Source: Dicyema japonicum | Taxonomy: Eukaryota; Animalia; Dicyemida | Assembly: GCA_011109175.1 (NCBI GenBank) | Contig: RDEW01000087.1 | Span: 1-64,000, forward strand | Direction: 5' to 3' | Length of the DNA stretch: 64,000 nucleotides | In this document: piece after piece, positions 1 to 11,460 of the stretch | How positions within the stretch are numbered: position 1 is the first letter of the stretch | Layout of the letters: the number at the start of each line of letters is the position of its first letter | Translations under genes and position numbers: made by a program | The notes under the pieces: model-generated | Database searches by the model: none | What the model saw: only the letters and a program-made list of their open reading frames with translations | What the model was told of the DNA's origin: nothing

Positions 1-1065
1 GGGTATTCCAAGTGTTATTGAATTTTTCCTAATTTTTGCAACAAATAGCTGATGATCTGTTCACGTAGTCTGCACATGGAAATATTTCGAGAGCTGTTAT
101 AGAGCTTTTCCAGCGTTTGGCGCAAAAAATATAATCAATATGGTTCCTAGACATTCCATTTGGCGACGTCCAAGTGTATAATTGTCGTTTGAGCCATGTG
201 TTAGTTATCTGAAATCCATTTTCCTGACAGAATTGGACCAGTCGTTCCCAGCATCATTTTTTCCCCAAACCAAAACTTCTCACAATATCCGTATGTGGCA
301 TACACACAACTTTTGAATTGAAATCCCCCATTATCTAGATTATGTCCTTTTTGGGTATTAGTTTTAGTGCCTCTTAAAATTCATAATAAAATTGGTCAAT
401 TTCGTCATCCTTGGCAATAGATGTTACACTTGCATGACCTTAATATTCAATGGCGTCCACGGACGTGGATTAGTATTATCAGATCATTAATTATTCTACG
501 ACTTTCAATAGCAGGAGCAATTTTCTTTGAAGCAATGAAGGCCACTCCATTTCTGTTCGCATTATTGTTACCAGAATAATATATGACGAAATCATCAGAA
601 CGAAAAAATCCACTGTCGATCCAGTAAGTTCGCTTACTCCAATCAGGTCAAGCCTTCTCTTCTTTTCTTTTTACGACTTCTTATTCTGTGTGATGAAGAA
701 CGAGATTTGATGTTTGCAGTAACGCTGCTTCCAATTAGATCGTAGGAGAGATTGTCATAAGATTTTCTTGGCATTTAAATACAGGGTACTGCACTTTACG
801 AAGAACCATATTAGCTATTGCTTCTCCTTTGCAGAACACACACTTTATTTTAAGAAAGTATAGTTATCATAAGTAATTGATGAGGGAGAACTAAGGAATG
901 CTCTTTACTTGTATTTTCTTTTTGTTGGGTGTGAGTCCTTTTGTTGAAGATCGGGTTACGTAGTGAGATGTTCACTGATGACGGCGTCACTCGTCAAGCC
1001 AAAGCATTGTAGATGGATGGAACCTTCAGCCAGAATGTACAACAGTGAGATTCAACCTCAAAAAT
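1..1065 (-). mobile_element. RTE/BovB-like LINE, 5' UTR plus degenerate APE endonuclease (runs off window start)
   Basis: Minus-strand translation across stops and frameshifts gives LDLIGVSEL, YYSGNNNANRNGVAFI, IMGDFNSKV, LYTWTSPNGMSRNHIDYIFC. The 5' UTR (about 790-1060) matches 10440-10690. Confidence 0.8.
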
Positions 1066-1230
1066 AATACATATTATTAAATTAACTATCAGAATACATC
1101 AATTTCTCGGTTTTGTTAAAATTTGAAGATTAAAGAATCGTCCGTATTGTGTCGGCTATCACCAAACTAATGAACAGGACGCTTTGGGGAAACTATCAAA
1201 ACAATTAAAATAGAAAAAAGTGAATTAATA

Positions 1231-1676
1231 TTAAACTAACGATAATAGAATTATGAATGGAAGTAAGTAAGTTAAGAATCTATTGGATTTCTCAGATGAG
1301 TTTATTTCTCTCTCAAGACGGTCCAGATTCATCATACTCATAATAAAATCAGCATTTAATGGATCTGTGATGGGTCCTGATCTTTTAGTAGTAGTCGTTG
1401 TAGTCTCCATGGTTTTAGGTGGTTCCGTTTCTTTCTCTTCTGATGAAAAGAATGAATCAATTTTATCTCCGGCTTTTTCAGCAAGTTTATCCTCAGCTTT
1501 TTCTTTAAATTCATTGATTTTCTTTTTTGCAACATTTTTTGCGCCATTTTTTGCAGAATGATAATATTTTTTATAACGTTGTCTAAATCTTCTACGAAAT
1601 CTTGATGAAGAGGGATAAAATAATAAAAAGCCTATATTAACTGTAAAATTCTACCAATTAAAATTATAACCTTCAT
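1231..1676 (-). CDS. Small secreted, possibly GPI-anchored surface protein, family A copy 1 (140 aa)
   Basis: ATG at 1676, 23-nt GT-AG intron 1632-1654, TAA at 1231-1233; spliced length 423 nt. Signal peptide MKVIILIGFLLFYPSSS, cationic segment, Thr-rich stalk, hydrophobic C-terminus LLPFIILLSLV. Paralog at 3222-3529. Confidence 0.7.
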
Positions 1677-2008
1677 TTTAGTACAAAAAATACGTGAATT
1701 TTTATATAAGAAATGAAATATTATAATATTCAATATACTTCTTTAAGTATATCATGTTTGTAATTTCAATAATTAATTATGTAATTTCATCCACCATATT
1801 ATTAAATTGTGTAATTTCATCCCCATAACAGTTTGCTTTGACTTTATTCTAAGGACACAACACGGATAACTACTGATCGTATACCGATGAGGAGATTTTT
1901 TGACTATTTGAGGAGTTTAAATGTACCTGAGGAGAATTTTGAGAGAGGACAATCTGGGATGTTTGCCATTATTAAGAATTTATGATTCTACTCTAATAGA
2001 AGCGATTG

Positions 2009-2624
2009 TTAAACCTTTCGTGAATTATGGATAACTAGTTTGCCACGTTTCCTTTGCACACCAAATGATTGGGGACTTGAAAATGCAAGATCCTTTTCAG
2101 GAGTAAAAATTGCTCGAGAAACAAAGTCGCGAAAGAGGACAGTAGCTATTGAAAAATCCAGAAGGGGAAGTTCAGAAATAGAGATTTCGCACTTATCCTT
2201 ATTCAGTTCCTGACCAGCTTCAGACAAAGTCAAGAATCAAGACTTACAGGTTGCGGAAGACTCAACCATCCAGAGGAGTTCCCCCTAGACAGCACATTCT
2301 TTCAAGTCCGATAATTTGAAGAATGTTGAAGGAGTCCGGGATCTCCTGAATTTTTTCATTCTGGCTATGATGATATTTTTTATTGGCTCAATAAATTTAA
2401 ATTTAATTTAAATTAAAGACTATATCAGGGAGTCTCCAAAGACTATTGTCAAAGTAACAGATGTTTATAGGAAGTTTGGTAGTGTTTATATGCCAGGTTT
2501 GACTATGTAGGCGTAGAACATCTGGAGACCTCCTGATGACGAACTCGATCGCGATCAGACGGATTTCACCTCCCTTCTTATTGAAGCCAATCAGACATAT
2601 AGAGAAAAGTAAATAGTAGACCAC
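2009..2624 (-). mobile_element. Degraded CRE-like non-LTR RT fragments
   Basis: KKGGEIRLIAIEFVIRR resembles KKDGGIRPIAVGEVLRR; LSEAGQELNKDKCEI resembles the fragment at about 18500. Confidence 0.45.
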
Positions 2625-2649
2625 CTGTGGGAGACTCTTAAATAAATGT

Positions 2650-2950
2650 GCTTAGTGAGGCTGGTAATCGAATTGGAAGACGACATGTTAAATCTCTACG
2701 ATTTTTCCTTTTAACGAAATGTCCGTCTCCACCCGTTTTAGTACATCGATTTTTGTTATTTTGGAAGTCCAAGAGATTCTTAGTAACCTCCTCCAGCACC
2801 ACAGTTCAAAAGCATCAATTTTTCGTCTATCCGCTTTTTTAGTATCCATAATTCTGCGCCGTATAGAAAAACCAATAAAAAACAATCTCTGATCCAACAA
2901 ATTTTTAAAAACAGCGCTGAACCCAAGTTTGTTATAGAAAATACTAATAA
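2650..2950 (-). mobile_element. RTE/BovB-like LINE thumb fragment
   Basis: LYGAELW followed, across a frameshift, by KKADRRKIDAFELWCWRRLLRISWT. Confidence 0.75.
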
Positions 2951-3221
2951 CTTGATAAATTTAAAAAAAATAAAATTAGTTGAGATCTGTGGGTTCCCAG
3001 ATGTGTTAGAAAACACCTAATATACCTCATAAATGATTAAAAAAATCCTTGAAGTAAAATGTATAAAAAATAAACAATTTGTCCAAAATAATAAATACAA
3101 TTATAACAACAACAAAATTTTGTCTAAATTAAAATAGAAAAAAATGAATGAATATTAAACTAACGATAATAGATTATTATTAGTAAGTAATTTAGGAATC
3201 TATTGGATTTCTCAAATGAGT

Positions 3222-3529
3222 TTAATTTTTATTAAAACTTTCCAGATGCATCATACTCATTATAAAATCAGCATTTATCGGGATTGTGGTGAGTTTTTCT
3301 GTTGTAGTAGTCGTTGTAGATTCTATGGTTGTAGGAGATTCTTCCTCTTGTGATGGATAAATTTTATTTTCGATTGACTCTACTGCCATGTCTGTAAGTT
3401 TTTCTTTGCCTACTTGTTCTAGACCCCGAAGACCTGCTTTTACTAAAAATCCTGATGAAGAGGGATAAAATAATATTAAAAAGCCTATAATAACTTAAAA
3501 ATTCTACCAATTAAAATTATAAACTTCAT
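3222..3529 (-). CDS. Family A copy 2 (94 aa; C-terminal anchor lost by a 1-nt frameshift)
   Basis: ATG at 3529, 23-nt intron 3485-3507 at the same position as copy 1, same signal peptide. TAA at 3222-3224 follows a 1-nt loss; DNA homology to copy 1 continues to about 3130. Confidence 0.6.
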
Positions 3530-3619
3530 TTTAGCACAAAATACGTGACTTAATATATATTAAATGAAATATCATGATATTCAATTCACTTCTTTAATTC
3601 CAAAAAATTATCAAAAACA

Positions 3620-4130
3620 CAAAAATCAGACAAAAATGATCCCTGCCGACATAATCGACGTTGAGTTTCCTGTCACGATTGCAAGAGATCTACTAGAGAA
3701 CCACCGATTCTCACGTGCGTCGTGACTTTTTATTGTAGCTAGGCTACCCAGTTTTTTAAGAAACAAAGCGTTTTCCCGCTTATTTCTCCTTTCAACTACA
3801 ATGAAGACGAACGTGAACCGATCGTGCAACGCTTCGCATTTTTTTCAATGAAGAATTGTCTTCGACCATCAGAGAGCCCTATCGAGGATCCCTCACCGAC
3901 ACTCGGGAAGACGTAGAGAAACAAAATACAAAATATTTTATCCACCCGTTCAATTAGAAAGAAAAACAAACTCCTCGACCACCTACCACCTCTAATCAAC
4001 TCCTGTGAATCCTCTCTGCCCAGAAGATTCAAAGTGACCCATACACGACTACGCAATGGACATCACCTTTCTTAAACGATTACGGAGACCTGTATAAACT
4101 CAATCATTTGAATATGATCACGTGTTCTTG
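3620..4130 (+). mobile_element. Degraded LINE ORF2 C-terminal fragment
   Basis: PPLINSCESSLPRRFKVTHTRLRNGH resembles the LPR..R..L..LR.GH segment near LINE ORF2 C-termini. Confidence 0.45.
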
Positions 4131-4169
4131 GTGAAAAATGCATTGAATACCTTAATCAATTTCATTATG

Positions 4170-5800
4170 CCTTAGGTTCCCAAACTTTTTTGAGGTTAGG
4201 CACCTTTTCTGATTTTCTAAAAATTTGAGGCACCCTAATTGTTTTTATTAATAATATCTTATCTTTCTGATTTTATTTATTAAGGCAACAGAATTAAATT
4301 AATGTAAAGGTGTAACTGTTTTTTTTGCTAGCAGAGACCTTTAATTAACCGCGTGTCGCCATGTGGTGCTGCGTGGTTAATTGGTTGAAGTTTGTCTGTT
4401 CCTCCTCTCTCTTCCTAATAGAGTGGCGTCATGTGATCCACCTGTCTAGGTGACGCCCAGTGCCAGGCTGGCACGAAAAAGGATCATTTGCTCTTCCCCA
4501 TTCCAGTGGAGGGGTTTCCACAACTGCATGTAATGGACGTCTTACCTTTTATGCTGATTCCGGATGGACTCTGTAGAAGTGGAAAATGGATACACTTAAT
4601 TAGTTGCTTACTTTAACTTCTTTCTCGGTGTATCCGGGGTTAATAAATAAATAAAATAAATAATATCCGGGGTCAATGTGGATAGTTGCAATCTATTGTC
4701 TGAGTAAGTTTCAAGCTTATTCCTATATTTTGTTTTCGATGAGGAATATAAGGAAAAACCGAACTCGCAGAGGTAGGTAGTCGAAAATGGTAATAAAGAA
4801 GTTATTGCTTTTTTGCCTATTTCTTTATATGTCCAACTGCATTCAGACCAAAAATGAAACAATCCTAGTTTATGTTCTTTAATAAGGAGTCCTCAGTTAA
4901 CTGAATTAACTGTTTGTATTCTTTTATGGTTAAATTCACAAATTTTGTCTTAATGTCAAAAAGATTTTTACCCAATCATAATTATCAATATTTTCTGGAA
5001 AATATTTTTGAAAATTTTCTTTCAATTTTTTTAAATAATTGTCGATTTCTGTGTGAAATTAAGAATTTAAAAGATGTTTGCTTACTACAATAAATTAAGT
5101 AAAACAGGAAAACATTCATGTTCTGCTACAAATGTTATTCAAAATTCTAATTTTCTCGAAAAGGCAGTTAGATTGTCGCTGAAATCAAATATTGTGAAAC
5201 TTTTTCCTTGCAAAAGTAAAGAAGATTCATTCAACTTACTGAAAATATCGGATAAATATGCTACTCGTTGCAGCCAAATGAAATCGTTTAAAAATTTACA
5301 AAATTGAGATTTGGGAAAAAAACATAAGTTCATCTCTTAACTCAAAAAAGCGAACCAAAATTTTGCCTCTCGATAACCGCCATACTTGGGTGTGTAATAA
5401 ATAAGACATATGATTAGATCCACATTTCTTCACAATACTTTTAATAGACGCGATTGTAACGCCCGTGAATTGATATAATTTATCATTTTTATAATATCAT
5501 CTATAACCAATTTTAACGGGGATGGAATATTTTTAGAAACAAGAGCATAACGATCTAAAATACAATGCGAACTTGAACGATCCGGAGCTACTCGCTTTAT
5601 ACGGGATACTGTTCCAGCAAACTTCCCGATCATTGCTTGAGCACCGTCAGATCAAACATCAATACATTTTTTCCAACATAATTCCCGAGAAATCAGAATC
5701 TTCGATTGCGTTGAAAATTTCTTGACCAGTTGTTTTTAACTGTAAATCAGTTTTTCTCAACCTTTTTTCGTATCGCTTTTATAAAAAATTTTCGCCCCTG
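4170..5800 (-). mobile_element. hAT (Buster/Charlie, ZBED5-like) transposon remnant
   Basis: TTGQEIF, SDGAQAMIGKFAG, HCILDRYAL, LQRVAYLSDIFSKLNE, LLPFSTTYLCEFGFS, KTKYRNKLE. Charlie-like end sequence (ggttcccaaacttttt) at about 4177. Confidence 0.8.
4340..4664 (+). mobile_element. Short non-LTR 3' end with hairpin and (TAAA)n tail, nested in the hAT transposase end
   Basis: Ends GTGTATCCGGGGTTAATAAATAAATAAA; near-identical inverted copy at 24975-25200. It separates transposase LSTLTPDI from the residual C-terminus at about 4290-4335. Confidence 0.6.
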
Positions 5801-6739
5801 TCAATAATTTATCGAGAATGAAAAAAATTCGCCGATAAATTATCGTTACCATATTTTGCCTGCGTTAATTACAATGTATTCATAAATGCACAATATTTGC
5901 AGACCATTGCGTAGACTATTATGAGTTATACCATTTAAATCGTTGAATATTGAAAATCCTGTTGTGTTGATTTTAATGATTTTAAAAGTAATTCCTCATT
6001 CAGATGACAGTCGATGTAATTTCAATTATTTATTACACATTAAAATAGATTATCAAATACTTTTGATTCATGCGGCCGGTTTATGACCTTTTGTTTTATT
6101 TTGATTCATTAACTTTCACTGAAAATCTTGTCTTTCCAAGAAAAATAATAAAGGGTTGCTCTAGATCTCTTTAATTCTTCTTCCCATTGTGTCGTTACTG
6201 AATGGAATAGTATTTAGTAATCAGGAAGATTCCCTTTGGGGAATATGTTCATAGACAATTCTACACAATGAAGTGTAACATTCTCGACAATGAGGATTAA
6301 ATAAAAAACCAGAATAAAACATCCTGAATAGTTTGCGGATTTGTATTTATTAATGATTTTATTTTTATCCGTTTGTAATAGTTTTTTCAAGTTTTTAAAA
6401 AATTCAATATTTTTTGCTAGTGATTAAGGATACTTTCGTATTCTAATAATCGAGATCGCTTTGTTGGAAAAAGACACACCACATTGCAAACACAATGGCT
6501 TAAGACAGACAGATAATTCTGTCAAACACAAGGTGGATCATTGTATTTTAAATAGAACTGAAAAATAAATAGCTCAATTTATTTTATTTTTAAAAGGTCA
6601 TAGTTATTTATCCCCAGTACCTTCGAATGAAATAATTGGTGGCCAATAGAAACGTTGCAGCTAAGAGTAGACGCTCCAATAAATCCGACGAGTAAATTTA
6701 GTTTTGTAAGGAACTATAGTAGTAATTAGTCGTTGAAGC

Positions 6740-7125
6740 GAAAATTCCCTATTGCAACATTGCTTGAAATTCAGTGTTATTACGCCTTTGTCTCCGCGTG
6801 AATTCTGTTAAATAACTGCTCAGATTGGTGTCATGTGGGTCCCATCTCCATTTGAATACCTAATGCTACCAACATTGCTTCGAATAATAAATTTGGTTGA
6901 AAATTCTTCTATATTTAATGCTACCGTCGTATGTACGCACTTTCCGGAATTTGCTCCCATAATTTTCGTAAACACAATATGAAGTGAGGGAAAATTAATT
7001 TACGAATAGCACAATATCACTCGAGAATTCTCTACCCATGTACCTAATATATTTAACCACGAATAATACCAGATCGTATTTTAAATCCCTTTTTCTTGTA
7101 AAAAATTAATATCTTCTTTATTTTG
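6740..7125 (-). mobile_element. Possible Merlin/ISXO2 transposase remnant
   Basis: INFLQEKGI (N-terminal) and TNLSSYLTEFTRRQR, which resembles the C-terminal HLDSYLAEFMWRR motif; centre missing. Confidence 0.4.
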
Positions 7126-7266
7126 AAGTAGATTAAAAGATTAAAAAGATAACTGTTTTTTCGCATGAATATACTCACAACAAACTATATTCGTAAATAA
7201 AAATTCATAAAATTAAAATCCACTTTATTTAACAAAAAACAATAAAGAAGTTAATATATTTAATAA

Positions 7267-8863
7267 TCAACAACCTTCCTCGCCTGCCTGTTCGCCAGCC
7301 TCCTCAGGCAGGTTCGATTCTGGTTGCTGAAACAACTCCGAGAGCGCCTTGTCTAATTGAACCCTCTGCCCATATGGCATCTCAGGGCTCTGCCCCCTAT
7401 ACTCCAGTGTCAGGCTCTCTAGGGTCCGCTTTAACACAGTGGACTGTAAATAGGCCTGGAGTTTCTTGTCTAAACTCAACTGCTTGAAATAACTCTTGTG
7501 GTACTTTGTTGCAATTCCTTCCCACATCATTACTATAGGAATAACGAAGACCTTGCAACCAAGCATCTGCCCCATCTCGTTTGCAAGAAAGTCATACTTC
7601 CTTTTTTTCTCCACCTCCACAGTCTGCAAACGGTCTTGAGACGTGATGCCAACCTCTATGATAAGGACTTGGCCAGACTCCTTATCGTGTACCACAATGT
7701 CCGGTTTATTGTGCTTGACTAGCACCGAGCGAGGTACGGATAACAATGTCTACCTTAATTTGGACCCTGGTGTTCTCTACTACAGATTGCACCTTATGAG
7801 TCCGCAACTTTCTGGTGTGGCGAATACCATACTTATTGCATAGTAGAAGATGAAGACTCCTTACTACCTCGTTGTGCCTCCACACATAGTCGTGGCAGAG
7901 CATGGATCCACATCGAGTGGCTAAATGATCAACCGACATGCTCCTTGACTTACAGTGGGGACATGTATTTGTTGATCGACCCCAAAAAATATTGCGGTCT
8001 TGCATATACGTGTACAACGCCTCCGATCGAGGTGAGTTGTCACCGTATTTTAGCCATATTGTCGACGACTTAAGGTCGACATGTGGGTTGTCCAATGCTC
8101 TGAAGAGGACCTTATGAAGGCTTTTTAAGTTGATCTTTTCCATCAAATTATTATATTGTAATTCGATCAACGCCTTCACATTTACTAGCCCACCATCATC
8201 AACACCATACTTAGCAGACAAAAAAGGTCTGATAGTGCCTAGGTGGGTTGCCCGTGTTTTCTCGGTCGTTATTATGGCGTGCTTCCTAGCAGACACACTT
8301 GACCCAGCTATCAGGGTGTCGTGCATTCGCATTAGGATACGCTCACTTAGTTGGACTACTCCACACAGTCCACGGCCGAATTTATCACGGGGTAAATATA
8401 GTCTCTCCTTATTGGCTGCCAGCACATGGACATGGTTCTCTCTGAGTACTCCACGGATCATAACATCCATCTCATCATACTCTTTGGGCTCAAACTCCAC
8501 AACACCTATGTAGTAGTTTAGCAGCGAGACAGCATACTCATTTAATGCTAGGAACAAATTCCTTGCATTTAGAGACGTCTTACACAATAACGCTGCTCTT
8601 TTACAGATGCCTTCAGTAATTTGTCGCTTTGTCTCAGGCATTATAAGGGACTTTGGAGATTCGGTAACACCCAGATACTTATATCCTTCGTGTTCTTCTA
8701 GAACTCTAACTAACTCGCTACATACTTGCGTATCCAGAGACGGTGACAATTCAGAGGAGCTAAAAGATCTCAAATCGCATAGCGATTCCATTCCAAATTT
8801 CATATATGACTTTTTACCAATTTGATTAATGTTTCTAAGGAGATTTGGACGAGACGGAAGCAA
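7267..8863 (-). mobile_element. 5'-truncated R4/Dong-like non-LTR element with restriction-like endonuclease
   Basis: GYKYLG thumb, CPHC..VDHLATRC zinc knuckle, RHNEV, HNKPDIVV..IIEVG..EKKRKYD. One frameshift at about 7730 joins the two tracked ORFs. Confidence 0.9.
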
Positions 8864-9679
8864 CTGAGTGCTTTTTCAATTTATTATGCTCAACAAAGTC
8901 GGTATTTTGGTATTTGGAATAGTTAGAAAATACAAAACACTAAGCCGTTAATTAGTTTACCCAGAGATCTTCCATGCAAAAAATGAAAAAATAGTCGAGG
9001 GGAGTGGGTTCTCAATTATAAGAGCAGTTAGTAATTGATGATTGTTAATTTTTTATTTAATTGGCTTATTAAATCTGAAAAAAATAACGTTAATTTTAGT
9101 AACCGTAATGAGAGTGACATCACATGGTTTCCGACGCTCTAGATTAAGCGTTCCGTTATTCTGATTTGACATTTTTGAATCTACCCTAAAAGATTTACCC
9201 GTAAATATTTTCACTTGGGTTTGTCTTGATGTAAACTTGTGATTAAATGAATAATCTTTGCCTTTAGTCGTTGATAGGTGTTGCACATCTTTCCTATTTT
9301 CCTATGTATGCTTCAAGTTACTGTCTCATGGATGGGATCTTACGTAACTTTTCAGAATCCGCGTTTGATGAGGTCTTTTCCGTACCCCGGACTATGTGAG
9401 AAAGGTTTGGTTATGATGTTCTTCAAGATAAATACACCAGAAATCGAGAATTAAGATTTCTTGGAAGTTTTCCCGTTTGAGTTGGAGAAAAGGCTAAATC
9501 ACAAATCAAAAGAATCAAAAAGCCTAAATCAGGAAATTTTGCTTTAATGTTGATCATTGAAATTTTAGCATTTAGATGTAAGTGAACTTTTGCATTTTCA
9601 ACTATAATTCCATAGAAGCATACACAATAATCTTTATGTTAGCTGTACAATAATACCAAAGAACACGGTTAACACTAAC

Positions 9680-10300
9680 TAATTAATCACGTGATCCCAG
9701 CACGCTCTAGCAGAGACGTCAACTTGGCCAGATGCTCCTCCCTTGACCCTACAGAAGCAGGCATCGCCGAATGACTGGATCTTTGTAGTCACGACGGCAC
9801 TTTCACGGTTCATACAAATCATGGATTCTAGAGGCATTGGATACTGGAAATTTATCGATCTGCGTTCTATCTCATTGTGGTCGAGACAACTGGAGGAATA
9901 AGTATAATAACGCTTCATCACGAATAGCTATAAGGGAATTCACAGCGAACACATATCTGCTATCGAGTAAACCAGTGCTCTCAAAGTCTTCAGCGCTGTC
10001 AATGGAACACGGTGATCACTGGCAGTCGATCTTTTCTATGATAATAAAAGATCAAGAAAAAAGTCAGTACAACTTAATAATGAGAACTCTATGGCTTGAT
10101 CTGTTGTCCCCTACTGTGTGCTACTCCTATGATCCTCCAGTGGACGAGAATGAGACGTGGATGTCAATATCACCCTAAGATCTAAGATTTTTTTAAACGG
10201 ATAACGCCAATGTTTTTTTTCAAATCGACCGTCTGTCGTCCCAGTCTGTTGTCTGATGTGAAGAGAGTTGTGACGGACTTTTCTGCTGGTAGACAATCTG
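9680..10300 (-). mobile_element. Degraded L2/Jockey-like LINE 3' remnant
   Basis: TLRALVYSIADMCS thumb-like motif; ends in GCTGGGATCAC, as does the element ending at 39830. Confidence 0.4.
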
Positions 10301-10391
10301 AACAAAAATAATTTTTTTTCTTTATGTCTGAGTTCCTAAGAGGGAACGAATGTGGATCTCAAATATTGAGTCTATTATATGATAATAGTTT

Positions 10392-10690
10392 GTCGGGTGG
10401 CCCAGTGTAACAAGTGCCGAGCAAAATGCCTGATGACCCATGTTCGAATCTCACTGCATTCTGAATGAAGGTTCCACGCATCTAAGATACTTTGGCTTGA
10501 CGAGTGACGCCATTGAAAATCTCACTGCTGAACCGGATCGACTACAAAAGGACCCGCACCAAACACAAATAAAAAAGAAGTGATGAACATTCCTTGGTTC
10601 TCCATCGTCGATTACTTATGATAACTGTTATTACTTAAAAATAAAGTGTGTGTCATGCCTGGGAGAAGCTTTTCGTAAAGTGCAGTATTA
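10392..10690 (+). mobile_element. tRNA-headed repeat (SINE or LINE 5' end) with RTE 5' UTR body
   Basis: A-box-like TGGCCCAGTG at 10398-10407 and B-box GTTCGAATC at 10442-10450; body matches 790-1060 (minus), including an exact 22-mer CTTTGGCTTGACGAGTGACGCC. Confidence 0.55.
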
Positions 10691-11460
10691 TTAATAGCTG
10701 TAATGGACCAATTATTTACATCAAAGGGATAATTAATTTTTAAGATTAAAAATTTAACGGAAAGTAAACGATAATAAATATTTCAGTCTTCCAGATGGTC
10801 GCGAGGGAAATTATCGCGTAAAAGTTAAAGAAATTATTGAAGCAGCTATTTTTGAATTCATTGCAGATGATCTTATTACATAAAGTTAAACTGGTGAACG
10901 ACTTTCAGAGTTGTATGAAATAGTTGTGCATATGAGGACGGTGTATATACATTTGGATGCGTCAATTTATTCTCTCAAGAGAGTGGGGTTTAACTTTACA
11001 AAGCTGGCACCGAACAAAGGAGCATGGAATGACTTAATACCCATCCGAGTATGGCACGTATTGATTGTATGATTCTATGTTGCTTTCAATTGTAATAATG
11101 CTCACACAATTAAGTACATCGATTTACTTGTTTATACTATGAAATTAAAAAGGTGGATTTATTAAAGAAAATACTGTTTAATTTTAGAAAGATTCTTGAG
11201 ACTTGGAAAAGTTTAATTACTTGTGTCGGTCGTGTATTGTACACATTAAAAATACCAGCAATGTTAGAGAACAAAGACTTTTAATGACTATTTTTTATCA
11301 ATTAGTTTCCAGCTATTTCATTTTATTTATTCTATTTCGCACATACTACCATTTAATAAATAGAACATTAACCAAATCTAATGTTCAAATAAGGCAGTCT
11401 ATTAATTCAATTTATTATTAATTTTAATAACATTGATTAATCAGATTAGTATTCCAATGA

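Noticed and set aside
1283-1561. Plus-strand 92-aa ORF
   Set aside because: Antisense shadow of the spliced family A gene.
1641-1654. Alternative 14-nt intron in family A (also in frame)
   Set aside because: Shorter than all other introns here; the 23-nt form fits the distribution, though not excluded.
10392-10460. Functional tRNA gene
   Set aside because: A and B boxes are present but I could not fold a cloverleaf, and the sequence continues into a repeat body.
10672-10697. 23-nt GT-AG segment as first intron of a gene
   Set aside because: Lies largely within the repeat shared with 790-1060, and gives no open frame.
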